Positions 63,456 to 64,000 of a stretch of 64,000 bases of DNA are shown piece after piece. A program made the position numbers and the translations under genes. The notes beneath the pieces are model-generated. The model searched no databases. It was not told the DNA's origin and saw only the letters and a program-made list of their open reading frames with translations. Source of the stretch: a virus; the IMG/VR virus record IMGVR_UViG_3300032288_004702, positions 64,001-128,000 of that record; one strand, given 5' to 3'. How positions within the stretch are numbered: position 1 is the stretch's first letter; every line of letters begins with the position of its first letter.

Positions 63456-63694
63456 TGTGAACCCCTTTCGTTCGGCAACACCAAGACAGTACCACACATC
63501 GGACAGACTTCCCAAAGTGGTGGTGCGCTCCGGTGGGAGCCCCGCCCCTGACGCCCTCACTTCGTTCGGTTGTCCTCGCGCTGAACGAGGAGAGTCGCGC
63601 GCAACAGTGAGAGTAGATAACGGCAGAGACACCGTGCCGACACTTATCTACTCTCATAGACGGTGCCGACACGGTGCGTGCGCCGTGTACCGAA

Positions 63695-64000
63695 TCAGTA
63701 CGCGTGCGGTGCGTCCACTGTCATCGGAGCGCGACACGCACGGCAGACGGGAGAGTCTGAATCGCTCTCACCGTAAAGCGGTGTTTCATCGTCTGCGAGT
63801 GAGTACCCGTGAACGAGTGACAGTGCCTCGCCGTAGACAACTTCTACCGAGTGTTCTTCATCGTTCGGACAGTGAACCGAATAGTTCGCGTTGTCGTACG
63901 GGAACGACTCTGCCATGTCCACCGTGATACGGAACGCGCGCGGTGCCGTGTATCCACCGCGAACATCGCAACCCCCGTGAATCTGTAAGAGTGTGAACAC
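63695..64000 (-). CDS. Hypothetical protein (5' end outside window)
   Basis: LLQIHGGCDVRGGYTAPRAF motif. Confidence 0.6.
   Translation of the reverse strand: MFTLLQIHGGCDVRGGYTAPRAFRITVDMAESFPYDNANYSVHCPNDEEHSVEVVYGEALSLVHGYSLADDETPLYGESDSDSPVCRACRAPMTVDAPHAY

Larger units (their letters stand above)
38371..63515. promoter_or_regulatory. Twenty-two copies of a 30-bp promoter, TTSGGAAGBCTGTMC-N6-TGGTAYnnT
   Basis: Minus: 38371, 39185, 40603, 41731, 43413, 44532, 45281, 46267, 47083, 48174, 48866, 49361, 50871, 52150, 53061, 63486. Plus: 53230, 54059, 54598, 55086, 61071, 61954. Each lies directly upstream of an ORF. Confidence 0.85.
27681..63655. repeat. Dispersed 8-mer GTAGATAA/TTATCTAC (usual context GAGTAGATAAGT), about 105-110 copies
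   Basis: Hand count; none seen in 1-27.6 kb; about 1 expected by chance. Confidence 0.95.

Noticed and set aside
35417-63927. Many overlapping ORFs containing LSTP, TYLL, LIYS or VDKS peptides
   Set aside because: Shadow frames of the GC-rich intergenic repeats and antisense frames of real genes.

Overview
This window is a 64-kb segment of a large tailed-phage genome, most likely infecting an actinobacterium (WhiB gene, extended -10 TGnTAnnnT promoters, M15 endolysin, LPXTG protein). It has three parts. (1) About 1-24 kb is a late region: tail-fibre and collagen-like proteins mixed with tailoring enzymes (two glycosyltransferases, a flavin-dependent halogenase, two 2OG-Fe(II) oxygenases, a methyltransferase) and a lysis/membrane cluster. 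(2) About 24-35 kb holds metabolism, regulation and replication genes (metallophosphoesterase, Ntn-hydrolase, WhiB, tRNA-Thr, RHH proteins, G39P-like loader). (3) About 35-64 kb is a GC-richer region of small genes built as repeated expression units, and it is the most unusual part. About 22 copies of a conserved 30-bp promoter are paired with about 15 copies of a 100-155 bp nested palindrome that has a conserved one-base asymmetry. More than 100 copies of the 8-mer GTAGATAA (hand count) occur from 27.7 kb onward; they often supply stop codons and also sit inside ORFs. Two hairpin RNA candidates have loops complementary to the conserved leader/RBS of these units. The region appears depleted of 4-bp palindromes and carries families typical of plasmid leading regions. 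All counts are by eye and all family calls come from motif recognition; no searches were run.
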